Made by a program: the position numbers and the translations under genes | From: an uncultured Methanosarcinales archaeon | GTDB lineage: Archaea; Nanobdellota; Nanobdellia; Woesearchaeales; GW2011-AR9 | DNA: 64,000 nucleotides | NCBI GenBank assembly: GCA_964434885.1 | Contig: CAYSWQ010000003.1 | Location: 6,882 to 70,881, forward strand | Direction: 5' to 3' | Notes under the pieces: generated by a model | Told to the model about the DNA's origin: nothing | The model's input: only the letters and a program-made list of their open reading frames with translations | Database searches by the model: none | Shown here: positions 1 to 9,332 of the stretch, one piece after another | Layout of the letters: every line of letters begins with the position of its first letter | Position numbering within the stretch: position 1 is the stretch's first letter

Positions 1-242
1 GGATTTCTTAAGTAGTTGATCCAGTTTTGTATTTTATCTTTGCCATCATAGAACATAAAGAATGCCGCAGTACAAGCAATCACTGTGCCAATCGTTCCTG
101 AAATTTCAATCGGCAAATTGGTTTTGAAGATGATTAGAAAGATTAGCAGAAACGCTGGAAAAGCATAAGCTAACTGGACAAAAGTTAGGCCAAACATTAT
201 TTTTTCTTTATGTTTCAGTTCTGGAGGGATATCATACGCCAA
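1..242 (-). CDS. PrgI/VirB3-like membrane protein, possibly the N-terminus of a VirB3-VirB4 fusion; runs off the window edge
   Basis: Not in the ORF track. Manual translation from TTG at 242, with GGTGAT SD upstream: MAYDIPPELKHKEKIMFGLTFVQLAYAFPAFLLIFLIIFKTNLPIEISGTIGTVIACTAAFFMFYDGKDKIQNWINYLRN... The 'IP..L..KEKI.FGLT..QL' start plus two TM helices resembles PrgI. It directly follows the VirB6-like gene. Confidence 0.65.
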   Translation of the reverse strand, partial: MAYDIPPELKHKEKIMFGLTFVQLAYAFPAFLLIFLIIFKTNLPIEISGTIGTVIACTAAFFMFYDGKDKIQNWINYLRN

Positions 243-243
243 C

Positions 244-2319
244 CTAAATCACCATTTTAATATATTTTGCTGCCTGTTGAATATCTTGTTTAATTCCTGA
301 GAAAGCTGATCTCTTCAAAGTAAATTTAATGCTTAACCATAACGTGTAGTCAATTATCAGGAAACAAACAATCATCACCATAATCTTAGTATTAGCAAAT
401 AATGGAATTTTGATAATCATAGAGCAGGCTAAGATTATCAATAAATCAAAAAAAGTGATGAAGATAAAAATACCTAATAAGTGAAGTAGGAATTTACCAT
501 AGCTTCTTAACGGTGGGATAAAATAGCAAAACAAAGCTAAAGGGAAAATCACCACCCCAAAACAAGCTACAATGTATCTCAAGACTAACATTAACGATGT
601 AATTAATAGAGTAAACAAATAAGAACCAGCATAAACAAACTGCAGTCCAATATTAACTATGTTGTCAGCTGTCAACATGAAAAACTTAGGATCAATCAAG
701 TTAATGATTCCACTATTCAGAATCGTGCTTAAACTCAAAACCACATCATAGATGTAAAAGGAGGCTTGAATCAGAATAATCATCAAGAAAGCATCTTTCA
801 ACATGTCCTTAGCATAAGCTCTTTTGACTGGATCAGCATTACTAACTAAGAAAACTGATCCCGCATAGATGAACAGGAAAATGTAGAAGAAACTTAAGAT
901 GTATCTAATTACTGACCATACGCCATGAAAAATATCTATTGAAGGTTCTGCAGTTAATAATTTCTGAACTGCTAGAAGCAGAGGCAACAAAGGAGCATTG
1001 ATTACTACTAAAATATATTCATAAATTTTCTCAGGTAGACAAGAAGCAATATTTGTTATTCCGCATTCTTTTTGTTGCTGCGGACTAGCAGCAATAACAA
1101 CAGGAACACATAATAAGAGAATCAGCAAAACTGGAATAATTATTTTCTTGAACTGTGATCTTGCTAATCTGTAAATAAGATAGATTAATAGAATAAATGT
1201 AAGCAAGTAAAAAAGTAAATTAAGGTCAGCATTTTTCCCATTGATATTTAGCTTGTCAACTTTCTCCTGGTTAACTGTTAAATTACAGCCGGAAGTAAAA
1301 TTGTAAAAGTGGTTAAAAGCAAATAGATTGCACTGGTCAGTGTTTTTGACATAAAAAGTATTTTGGTCTAGATAAACATTATTTTGTGTGACACGGGTGA
1401 AATTATGGCTTCTGAGATAAGCAAGATAATAAGGTTTCTTGTCAAAGACCAAATCATAATAATGGTTTTGAAATGTTAGGTAAGAGTTATTAAAACTCAA
1501 CTTGAAAAAAGCATAATTATTTACTTTTAAAATTCCTTTAGTGGTGTTGTAGTATTGGTTGATGATCCTTAAGTTAGCTGTTGGTTTTACTTTGTAATAC
1601 TCAACCTCCTTTCCCCCAGAAATATTAATGTGGTCTGGCTGGTAGTTAGAATACCAATAATCACAAGTGTAACAATACTTCTTACATTTCTGACCATACC
1701 ATTTGCAACAGTACTTATTCCATTGATAATGATCTACTTTAATGTTGGTGTCAATATCTAACTTGACTTTGATCTTGCCGTCAGAATTAATTGAAATGTT
1801 ACTGAACTTTTTGTTATCTTGATATTGGTTGTTAAAATAGTATTTCAGTTTAGCTTCGTTCTGGATTAACTGGTAAGTTCTTCTACAATCTCCTTGGCTA
1901 GTGTGAGGATAGTAGGGTGATTGATAATTCAAAGGAACATAAACATAATAGTGGAATTCACTCAAGGCTTTAGTTTTGATAGGAACATACAAAGTTTTAT
2001 TTTCATAAACGGAAGGGAAAATTGCTAACAAACTCAACCAGGCACTTCTGATTGTATGAGAATTGTAAACTGTTGTGTTATCAGGTGGGAAGTTAACAAT
2101 TATTCCTGTGTTGTATTTTTCAACAAAAGAATAGTCAGGAATAATACTCTTGTTATAGAGCAAAGAGGAATAAATCTTATCCTTTTGCGATTCGGTTAAG
2201 TTTGAATTGGTTATATTTTGACAATAAACTGGATCATTAGTTAACTGACAGTTAAAAGAAAATACAAATGGGAGCAATAGTAAGACCATTGCTCCCAAAA
2301 TAAAAATTGTTTTCTTCAT
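244..2319 (-). CDS. VirB6/TrbL/CedA-like polytopic membrane protein fused to a secreted Cys/Tyr-rich N-terminal domain
   Basis: Likely start MKKTIFILG (2319) with a signal peptide, about 370 aa of Cys/Tyr/Asn-rich domain, then many TM helices with 'IYAGSVFLVSNADPVKRAYAKDMLKD' and 'LRYIVACFGVVIFPLALFCYFIPPLRSYGK', typical of VirB6-like proteins. Lies between a VirB2-like and a PrgI-like gene. Confidence 0.65.
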   Translation of the reverse strand: MKKTIFILGAMVLLLLPFVFSFNCQLTNDPVYCQNITNSNLTESQKDKIYSSLLYNKSIIPDYSFVEKYNTGIIVNFPPDNTTVYNSHTIRSAWLSLLAIFPSVYENKTLYVPIKTKALSEFHYYVYVPLNYQSPYYPHTSQGDCRRTYQLIQNEAKLKYYFNNQYQDNKKFSNISINSDGKIKVKLDIDTNIKVDHYQWNKYCCKWYGQKCKKYCYTCDYWYSNYQPDHINISGGKEVEYYKVKPTANLRIINQYYNTTKGILKVNNYAFFKLSFNNSYLTFQNHYYDLVFDKKPYYLAYLRSHNFTRVTQNNVYLDQNTFYVKNTDQCNLFAFNHFYNFTSGCNLTVNQEKVDKLNINGKNADLNLLFYLLTFILLIYLIYRLARSQFKKIIIPVLLILLLCVPVVIAASPQQQKECGITNIASCLPEKIYEYILVVINAPLLPLLLAVQKLLTAEPSIDIFHGVWSVIRYILSFFYIFLFIYAGSVFLVSNADPVKRAYAKDMLKDAFLMIILIQASFYIYDVVLSLSTILNSGIINLIDPKFFMLTADNIVNIGLQFVYAGSYLFTLLITSLMLVLRYIVACFGVVIFPLALFCYFIPPLRSYGKFLLHLLGIFIFITFFDLLIILACSMIIKIPLFANTKIMVMIVCFLIIDYTLWLSIKFTLKRSAFSGIKQDIQQAAKYIKMVI

Positions 2320-2321
2320 TT

Positions 2322-2645
2322 TCAGAAGATGTATTGAACAACCAAAGGCGCAATCCAAATTACTATCAAACCAATGATAACTCCCACGGCCATGTTCTTG
2401 GCTCGCTCTTTCTTTGCGTTGTCTCCACCAGCAGTCAAAAATGCTACTCCAGCAAATACCAAGACCAAAACCCCGATAACCGTAGCTGCGTACTTAATGA
2501 AGTTGTAAATCTTCATTATTGGACTTAGTATTGCATCAAACTGCTTTTCATCTTCTTTACTTATTGTTCCGTTAAACTCAATCTTAGCTAACACTAAAGG
2601 GGTAGCTAAGATAAGTAACAGAAGCAAAATTGGCGCCAATTTCAT
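2322..2645 (-). CDS. TrbC/VirB2-family T4SS pilin
   Basis: 107 aa: signal peptide, then two hydrophobic helices separated by 'TAGGDNAKKERAKN', the VirB2/TrbC pilin pattern. Confidence 0.8.
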   Translation of the reverse strand: MKLAPILLLLLILATPLVLAKIEFNGTISKEDEKQFDAILSPIMKIYNFIKYAATVIGVLVLVFAGVAFLTAGGDNAKKERAKNMAVGVIIGLIVIWIAPLVVQYIF

Positions 2646-2953
2646 TCTGTTTCACCTCCAATATTTTTATCATTTGAGAATAAATTTCTAAAACCAACAA
2701 CTTCGGGTGGGTCAAGTCTTTCGATTTTAGTTTCAGTTTTTAGTTTGGTTTTTGTTCTTCTGAAACGTCTTGGTTTTAACTTGTAGTAAATCAAGGCAAT
2801 TGACAAGTAAATAAATAATACAAAAACCCCTAACAACATCATGACAACTAAGCCTAACTTGTTCATCCCTAATTCATAAGAAAAAATAAGACTTAAAGGT
2901 AAATAAATACAAAGAAATGCCAAACTAACAATTAATTCTTTTGCTGCGTTCAT
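2642..2953 (-). CDS. small two-TM membrane protein in the transfer module
   Basis: Two hydrophobic helices and a basic tail; 4-nt overlaps with both neighbours. Confidence 0.6.
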   Translation of the reverse strand: MNAAKELIVSLAFLCIYLPLSLIFSYELGMNKLGLVVMMLLGVFVLFIYLSIALIYYKLKPRRFRRTKTKLKTETKIERLDPPEVVGFRNLFSNDKNIGGETE

Positions 2954-3879
2954 TTTGATTCAACCTCTATGATTTGTTTAGCAATGGCTTCCGCCATCAA
3001 GGGCGGAACAGCATTGCCAATTTGTTTAACCATGTCATTTTTAGGACCACAGAATTCAAAACTATCAGGAAAACTTTGTAATCGAGCAAGTTCACGAGGT
3101 GTTAAGAACCGGTGATAGAAAGGATGAATATAGATCGGACTAGTGACTATAGTCTTACTTTGTCCGTAAGCATAAAGTCTACACCTACAGAAATTAAAAG
3201 TCTTGGACAATCTTCCGCCTTGAGGCAAACATTTGATTTTAGATAAAATTTCAGGAGAAGTATTAAACCAAACATGCCCATTCAAGCCATTTGGTCTTAA
3301 AGGCAAATCTCCGATTGCTTCAATTACGGTTTTCTTCTTACCAAATGGTTTAGGAAACAAATCTAATTTCTTAGCAATGATGATAACTCGTTCACGATTT
3401 TGAGGAACCCCATAATCTGCAGCATTCAAAATTCGGTAACTTACAGAATAATTTAACTTGATTAGTTCGTGAATAATCTTGTTAATAATTTTCTCTTGAT
3501 CATAATCTTTCATTGATAAAATTCCAGTAACATTTTCAATCACCACAATCTTGGGTCTAATAATACTAACAATCCGAAGAAATTCTTTGTACAACTGGTT
3601 TCTTTTATCTTTGGGATTTCTTTTTCCACAGATAGAAAACCCTTGGCATGGTGGACCACCAACAATAATGTCAACTTTACCTTTCAATTCAGAAAGTTCT
3701 TTACTGCCGATACTGGTTATGTCTGCACAAAAGCACTGTGATCCAGGGTGGTTTTTAAGAAATGTTGTTACTGCTGGCTTCCACCATTCCACACAACCAA
3801 GGATGTTGCAACCTGCTCTTTGAAAACCATGACTAAACCCACCGCAGCCTGCGAACAGGTCGAGAACATTTAATGTCAT
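2950..3879 (-). CDS. DNA (cytosine-5)-methyltransferase
   Basis: Motifs DLFAGCGG, GGPPCQGFS, ENV, QNRER, RELARLQSFPD and IGNAVPP. Confidence 0.95.
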   Translation of the reverse strand: MTLNVLDLFAGCGGFSHGFQRAGCNILGCVEWWKPAVTTFLKNHPGSQCFCADITSIGSKELSELKGKVDIIVGGPPCQGFSICGKRNPKDKRNQLYKEFLRIVSIIRPKIVVIENVTGILSMKDYDQEKIINKIIHELIKLNYSVSYRILNAADYGVPQNRERVIIIAKKLDLFPKPFGKKKTVIEAIGDLPLRPNGLNGHVWFNTSPEILSKIKCLPQGGRLSKTFNFCRCRLYAYGQSKTIVTSPIYIHPFYHRFLTPRELARLQSFPDSFEFCGPKNDMVKQIGNAVPPLMAEAIAKQIIEVESK

Positions 3880-4019
3880 TTGTTTAACCTCTCGTATTCT
3901 CTAAGAATTTGTTCTCGTCTGTTTTTTGAGTATTTGTAGAGATAATACTGAAAACATACTCTACAATACTTCACCTCTTTTTCCCCTAATGGTTTTCCGC
4001 AGATTCGACACTTTGCCAT
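3876..4019 (-). CDS. 47-aa CxxC...CxxC zinc-finger protein
   Basis: Not in the ORF track. Manual translation MAKCRICGKPLGEKEVKYCRVCFQYYLYKYSKNRREQILREYERLNK; its stop overlaps the methyltransferase start (ATGA). Confidence 0.7.
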   Translation of the reverse strand: MAKCRICGKPLGEKEVKYCRVCFQYYLYKYSKNRREQILREYERLNK

Positions 4020-4447
4020 AGAATACTTAATAGTGGAGATAATATTTGAATGTCCTTAACATCTGAACTATATCTAATATATATCTTAGAAAAATCTGTG
4101 GGACTATAATTTTCTCAAAAAAGTAATTTTAGAATTTCTTGTACGTAATACGTTTAGAAGCCCGTAAATTGCGTAAAAAAAGAGGTGATTTTATATATTA
4201 CTTAGGCATATTTATATTATATTGGCACGTAAGTTAAGTAAAGTGTCTTACGGGACGCTGTGGGTCGTGCCAATTTTCAGATTTTTGAGTTTTAAGCTTA
4301 GAAACCTAGCCCGTTAACGTGCTTTACTATCATAAAGTGCATTCTTAGGTATTTTGGGGTTTGAGTGGGTTTAAATTAAGATATTTTGATTACCGTAAAG
4401 AGATAAGTTGTAGTTATTTAATGGTGGTTGTTTTTATAAAATGATAA

Positions 4448-4483
4448 GTGGACAAGTGGACAAGTGCAGGTAGAATATATAAA
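4448..4483 (+). promoter_or_regulatory. conserved 26-bp element plus TATA box of hef
   Basis: GTGGACAAGTGGACAAGTGCAGGTAG (4448-4473), then TATATAAA (4476-4483), about 31 nt before the ATG at 4515. The element recurs at 12783 and 14578. Confidence 0.8.
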
Positions 4484-4514
4484 TAAGTTAATTCTCGATA
4501 AGATAACTATAACA

Positions 4515-6713
4515 ATGTTAAAAGATTTTACTCCTCGTTTGTATCAGCAAACTATTTTAGGAACGATTGTGAGAAAGAACACCTTAGTAGTTTTACCAAC
4601 TGGAATGGGAAAAACAGCATTAGCTTTTATGTTAGCGGCGCAAAGATTGAGGCAATATCCAAATTCTAAAATATTGTTGTTGGCCCCAACTAAACCTCTT
4701 TGTGAACAGCACAGGAATAGTTTTCGAAAATACTTAGATATTGAAGAAGAAAGAATTGTTTTATTTACTGGACATGTTAAGCCGGAAAAGAGAGCAGAAT
4801 TATGGAAAACTGCCCAAGTGATTATTAGTACTCCCCAAGGTTTGGAAAATGACATCATCAATAGAAAAATTGATTTGAGAGAAGTTAGTTTGTTAACTTT
4901 AGATGAGATCCATCATGCTACAGGAGATTATAGTTATGTGTGGGTTGCTAAACAATATGTTAAAATGGCTAAATTTCCACGGGTTTTGGGTTTAACTGCT
5001 TCTCCTGGTTCAGATATGGAAAAGATTAAAGAAGTTTGTCAAAACACATATATTGAAGAAGTTGAAGTTAGAACCAATAAAGACCCAGATGTTAAACCTT
5101 ATGTTCAAGAAGTGAAACAAGAATGGGTCAAAGTGAATTTACCTCCAGAGTTTGTGGAGATTAAGAAATTTTTAGAGGATTGTTATAAAAGTAAATTGAA
5201 ACAAATTCTAGAGTTGGGTTATTGTAATCATATAGGTTTAAATAAAATTGAGTTGATTAAATTACAAGGTCATTTGCAAGGAAGAATTTCTAGAGGAGAA
5301 AGAGAAATGCCAATTTTAAAATCGGTTTCTTTGTTAGCGGAAGCATTGAAAGTTCAGCACGGTTTAGAATTGTTAGAAACCCAAGGAGTAAAAGCAGTGT
5401 TTTCTTACTTAAATCGGTTACAAAAAGAATCTTATTCTACTAAAGTGAAAGCAGTTCGTAATTTAGCTAGAGATGTTAATTTTAAATCGGCCTTGGTTTT
5501 GGTCAATAGTTTGGTTGAGAAAAAGATTGAACATCCCAAATTAACTAAATTAAAAGAACTAGTTAGAGAAGAAGTGAAGAGAGATGATGCACGAATAATT
5601 ATCTTTACTCAATTTAGGGATTCTGGTTCTGAGATTGTGGAAGAATTAAATAAAATTGAAAATGTGATGGCCCAATTATTTGTGGGACAAAGTAAAAAAA
5701 GTGGTACTGGATTAAGTCAAAAAAAACAAAAAGAAGTTCTGGATGATTTTCGAGAAGGGCAGTTTAATATCTTGGTGGCTACTTCAGTAGGAGAAGAAGG
5801 CCTAGATGTCCCTTCAGTAGATTTAGTAATTTTTCATGAACCAGTTCCTAGTGCGATTAGAACTATTCAAAGAGCAGGAAGAACTGGTCGTTTAGAAAAA
5901 GGAAGAGTTATGGTCTTGATGACTAAAGGAACAAGAGATGAAGGTTATCGTTGGAGTGCTTTTCATAAAGAAAAAAGAATGTATGGTGATTTGGAAAAGA
6001 TCAAAAAAGGTTTTTCTTTGAAAGAAAACCCAATAGTTACTTTAGAAAAATTCATCCCAAAAGAACAAGAAGTTTTGATTTTAGCAGACCATCGAGAAAA
6101 AGGAGGAAGAGTAGTCAAGGAATTAATTGATTTGGGAATTAATTTAGAATTAAAACAATTAGAAAGTGCAGACTATATCTTAAGTGGTCGGGTGGGGGTA
6201 GAGAAAAAAGGAATTTATGATTTTGTATCTTCAATAGTTGATGGCAGATTGTTGGAACAAGTTAAATATTTAAAACAAAATTTTGAAAAATGTTTGGTGG
6301 TCGTGGAAGGAGAAGAAGATATTTATTCTGTCCGGAAAGTTCATGCTAATGCAATACGTGGGATGTTGGCGGCAATTACTATTGGATATGGGGTTCCTGT
6401 TTTATATACTAAAAATGCTAAAGATACAGCCGGCCTTTTATCTGTTATTGCTAAAAGAGAGCAGGACAAAGGCAGAGATTATTCTTTGCATGAACGTAAA
6501 CCAATTTCTTTGAAAGAACAGCAAGAATTTATTGTTTCTGCTTTTCCTGGAATTGGTTTGAACACAGCAAAGATTTTGTTGGAACATTTTGGAAGTGTTG
6601 AAAAATTAGTTGGTTCTTCTTTAGCAGAATTACGAGAAATAGAAGGGATTGGAGAAAAGATTTCTTGTAAAATAAAAGAAGTTTTAGAAGCAAAATATGT
6701 TGTTGATAAATAA
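4515..6713 (+). CDS. hef: Hef helicase-associated endonuclease (FANCM/XPF-like SF2 helicase, ERCC4 nuclease and HhH)
   Basis: PTGMGKT, DEIHH, GLTASPG and QRAGRTGR motifs; ERCC4 'ADY...VEKK'; C-terminal HhH (PGIG, GIGEK). Likely start MLKDFTPRLYQ. Confidence 0.95.
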   Translation: MLKDFTPRLYQQTILGTIVRKNTLVVLPTGMGKTALAFMLAAQRLRQYPNSKILLLAPTKPLCEQHRNSFRKYLDIEEERIVLFTGHVKPEKRAELWKTAQVIISTPQGLENDIINRKIDLREVSLLTLDEIHHATGDYSYVWVAKQYVKMAKFPRVLGLTASPGSDMEKIKEVCQNTYIEEVEVRTNKDPDVKPYVQEVKQEWVKVNLPPEFVEIKKFLEDCYKSKLKQILELGYCNHIGLNKIELIKLQGHLQGRISRGEREMPILKSVSLLAEALKVQHGLELLETQGVKAVFSYLNRLQKESYSTKVKAVRNLARDVNFKSALVLVNSLVEKKIEHPKLTKLKELVREEVKRDDARIIIFTQFRDSGSEIVEELNKIENVMAQLFVGQSKKSGTGLSQKKQKEVLDDFREGQFNILVATSVGEEGLDVPSVDLVIFHEPVPSAIRTIQRAGRTGRLEKGRVMVLMTKGTRDEGYRWSAFHKEKRMYGDLEKIKKGFSLKENPIVTLEKFIPKEQEVLILADHREKGGRVVKELIDLGINLELKQLESADYILSGRVGVEKKGIYDFVSSIVDGRLLEQVKYLKQNFEKCLVVVEGEEDIYSVRKVHANAIRGMLAAITIGYGVPVLYTKNAKDTAGLLSVIAKREQDKGRDYSLHERKPISLKEQQEFIVSAFPGIGLNTAKILLEHFGSVEKLVGSSLAELREIEGIGEKISCKIKEVLEAKYVVDK

Positions 6714-6736
6714 AATAAGAAAAGAAAAATAATAAG

Positions 6737-7201
6737 TTATAATTTTTTTATCTTTTTCAAAAAAACTTTTTCTAATTTTTCAATCTCTCCTAGGGTGTTG
6801 AAAAACAAAGGGTGTCTTTTGTTTTTAGTTTCTATTCTTCCACCATGTAAAAATTTATCCAATTTGAATTGGTTGATTTCTCTATAAGGGACGTAAATCT
6901 TTTTTGATTTTTTTCCTGCTTTTTGGTGGATTGAAATTCCGTGAGCAGATAACTGGTATTCTTCTTTTACCGGGTAAACTCTTTTGAACAGAAAGTTTAT
7001 TCCTAAAAAAACAACAATGAAAATCAATGTTACTACAATAGTGGGGATCCAACTTTGATCAAATGTAGCAAATGAAAATAGAATCACTAAAACCAAAAGA
7101 ATGGATAGTAAAATTGTTTCTGGTTTGAGTAAAAAAACTTTTTCATGAGGGCATTCCCATCGATGTAAGTGTGCTTTTCTCTTTTTATTTTTTTTTGCCA
7201 T
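6737..7201 (-). CDS. membrane protein with two TM helices and a PH-like C-terminal domain
   Basis: Two hydrophobic helices followed by a beta-rich 'EYQLSAHGISI...VPYREI' segment. Confidence 0.55.
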   Translation of the reverse strand: MAKKNKKRKAHLHRWECPHEKVFLLKPETILLSILLVLVILFSFATFDQSWIPTIVVTLIFIVVFLGINFLFKRVYPVKEEYQLSAHGISIHQKAGKKSKKIYVPYREINQFKLDKFLHGGRIETKNKRHPLFFNTLGEIEKLEKVFLKKIKKL

Positions 7202-7202
7202 T

Positions 7203-7439
7203 TTATTTTTTTAGTTGTTTGTTTTTTTGAATGGCCATTATTGGGGCTTTAGCCGTGCTAACTAAAGCAGCAGCAAACATCATGGTAAAGATAATCATAC
7301 AAGCCAAGCCAAAATCTGCACTTACGGGGTAAACATAGTAATAAGATAACAACAATCCAAGAATTGCAGTAACCATAAAACTACTTTTTAAAGGTACTGC
7401 TTGCCAATGTGATACTTTTTTCTTTGGAATTCTAATCAC
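7203..7439 (-). CDS. small two-TM membrane protein
   Basis: 78 aa, two TM helices, in an operon with trpS. Confidence 0.6.
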   Translation of the reverse strand: MIRIPKKKVSHWQAVPLKSSFMVTAILGLLLSYYYVYPVSADFGLACMIIFTMMFAAALVSTAKAPIMAIQKNKQLKK

Positions 7440-7463
7440 CTCTTTTCTTTAAGAATAATATAT

Positions 7464-8585
7464 TTATTTATAATCTTTTTGTTTATAAAGATATTTGTCG
7501 ATTAATTTTTCAGCTTGAAGTCTTTTCTTTTGGTGGTTGGCTAAGAAAGAATTAATTTTTTCTATCAAAATTGCCTTTAATTCACCACTAAGTAATTTCC
7601 CAGATTTGTAATCTTTGTAAACTTGCTCCAATTTTTTGTCATCTTCTTCAAAATACTTTAGCCATTGATATGAAACATCAATTTTGGGATTACCTCCTTT
7701 TTTGCGGTGTTCTTCAATTGTTGATTGGCCACCAGAGAATGCATGTTTGTTTATTTTCTTTTTAACTACTTTAGGAGTATCAGTAGTCAAGATGGCATGT
7801 TCTGCAGCAGTAGTGCTCATTTTTCCTTCTAGACCAGTGATAGGGGGCATGAATTTAGCGTGAAGAATGGCTGGTTTGTGATGACCTAATTTTTCTACTA
7901 CATCTCTACTAATCCTAAAGTGGGGGTCTTGATCAATACCCAAGGGAATAAGACAGGGTTTTTTGGTGTTATTTAAAACATTAGGAAGAAAAACTGGAAC
8001 TGTTTGCATAGAAGTGTAAAAAATACTACCTATATTATTGGAATCTTTAAATCCAAAAGCTGCTTTGATAGTTGAAAAGGTAATTTTTTTAGCTACTTTA
8101 ATTGCTTCTGGATACATTATTCCGGCATGTTTGGTGTTGATAAGAAAATGGGTTCTTTTGGGATCAAAACCTAAAGCGATAACATCTAGCATGTTTTCTT
8201 TAGTCCACTCTTGAATTTCCTGATAAGATTTTTTTTTGAACAAAAACTTTTCATCATCAGTAAATTGAAACCACAAATCTACTTTGAATGTGTCTTGAAG
8301 CCATTTAGTAAATATCCAAGTAGCAAGATGTCCCAAGTGGATTGGGCCAGAAGGGCCACAACCAGTATAAAGAAAAAACTTGTTGCCTTTTTCATATTCA
8401 TCTAAACACCACTTTAGATCTCGATGAGCAAAAAATATTCCCCTACGTAAATAAGGATGTATTTCTTTAGTTATTTTTTTGATTCGATTTAAATCTTTAG
8501 AATTGATCTTTTGAATACCAAATTCTTTAACAATGCGATCATAATCAATTTTTCCAGAGACTTCATAAGGATTTACTTTAGACAT
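7464..8585 (-). CDS. trpS: tryptophanyl-tRNA synthetase, archaeal/eukaryal type
   Basis: HLGH, FTDDEK, GIDQDPHFR, KMST and AFSGG motifs. Confidence 0.97.
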   Translation of the reverse strand: MSKVNPYEVSGKIDYDRIVKEFGIQKINSKDLNRIKKITKEIHPYLRRGIFFAHRDLKWCLDEYEKGNKFFLYTGCGPSGPIHLGHLATWIFTKWLQDTFKVDLWFQFTDDEKFLFKKKSYQEIQEWTKENMLDVIALGFDPKRTHFLINTKHAGIMYPEAIKVAKKITFSTIKAAFGFKDSNNIGSIFYTSMQTVPVFLPNVLNNTKKPCLIPLGIDQDPHFRISRDVVEKLGHHKPAILHAKFMPPITGLEGKMSTTAAEHAILTTDTPKVVKKKINKHAFSGGQSTIEEHRKKGGNPKIDVSYQWLKYFEEDDKKLEQVYKDYKSGKLLSGELKAILIEKINSFLANHQKKRLQAEKLIDKYLYKQKDYK

Positions 8586-8600
8586 AATGTAATGAATTTT

Positions 8601-9332
8601 TTATTGTTTATATATCTTTTTGCTCAATTTTTGATAACAATAGTCTGTTATCCACCTAAGGTTTTCAATATCTTCTTTGTTATAATCAATAAGTAATTCT
8701 AGCCATTCTTTATCTCCAGAAGCATGGAACGCTTTCCATAAATCAACAGGGTTGCCTTTTAATTTGGGGTGTCGAGAGATAGAAAGTTTTTTTTCCACTT
8801 CTTTTAATCCTCCAATCAAATTTAAATTAATACAAAGGGGTTTTAGATCCAAATGGGGCATAGGGAAAGTTAAATTTAATTGTTTTTTTAATTTTGGTAA
8901 GTCAAAGGCGCTGCCATTAAAAGTAATTACAAGTTTGTAATGGGCGAGTTGTTTTTGAAGAATGTTGGTGGTTAAATTTGCTCCATGAACAAAGGTTTTA
9001 GTTTGGTATTCATCTGCTAAACCAACTAAAATTACTTTTCCTTTCGAATCCACTTCAATATCCACATAACAAGTTTCTTCTTTAAAATAATTGTATAATC
9101 TCCAAGTTTCTTTTTGGGGTAAATTTTTTTTGAAATAAGAAGTGTTTTCATTTAAAAGTTGGATTTGGGCTTCTTTAATCTGGCGATCGTAATGGTATTT
9201 TCTTAATTGGGAAATACCTTTAATTTTTTTTGTTTGGAGAAAATTTTGCCAGTCTTTGATACCTTGTTGCCAAAGACTTTGCTCTGTTTTAGTTGATATT
9301 TTGTCTAAAAAAATAAAAGAGTTTCTAATCAT
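8601..9332 (-). CDS. RNase H-fold DEDD exonuclease (YprB-like) with N-terminal HhH-like region
   Basis: DIE, TFNGSAFDLP, HLDL and YNKEDI motifs. Confidence 0.85.
   Translation of the reverse strand: MIRNSFIFLDKISTKTEQSLWQQGIKDWQNFLQTKKIKGISQLRKYHYDRQIKEAQIQLLNENTSYFKKNLPQKETWRLYNYFKEETCYVDIEVDSKGKVILVGLADEYQTKTFVHGANLTTNILQKQLAHYKLVITFNGSAFDLPKLKKQLNLTFPMPHLDLKPLCINLNLIGGLKEVEKKLSISRHPKLKGNPVDLWKAFHASGDKEWLELLIDYNKEDIENLRWITDYCYQKLSKKIYKQ

Larger units (their letters stand above)
1..4400 (-). mobile_element. terminal part of a putative integrated conjugative element or DNA-transfer island
   Basis: Co-oriented, overlapping operon (Zn finger, C5 MTase, membrane protein, VirB2, VirB6, PrgI-like), then a ~430-bp CG-enriched non-coding region before housekeeping genes resume. 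No integrase or att pair is visible in the window. Confidence 0.5.

Noticed and set aside
2950..3879. Complete type II restriction-modification system
   Set aside because: No adjacent endonuclease-like ORF; the neighbours are a Zn finger and membrane proteins.
4050..4080. Possible archaeal dif/Xer site (CTATATCTAAT resembles a right arm)
   Set aside because: No matching inverted left arm at a 6-bp spacing, and the window is origin-proximal.
4448..4473. The 26-bp element as a bacterial LexA box or a MITE end
   Set aside because: Spacing does not fit CTG-N10-CAG or GAAC-N4-GTTC; there are no paired terminal inverted repeats or target duplications; its fixed position against TATA boxes favours an archaeal operator.
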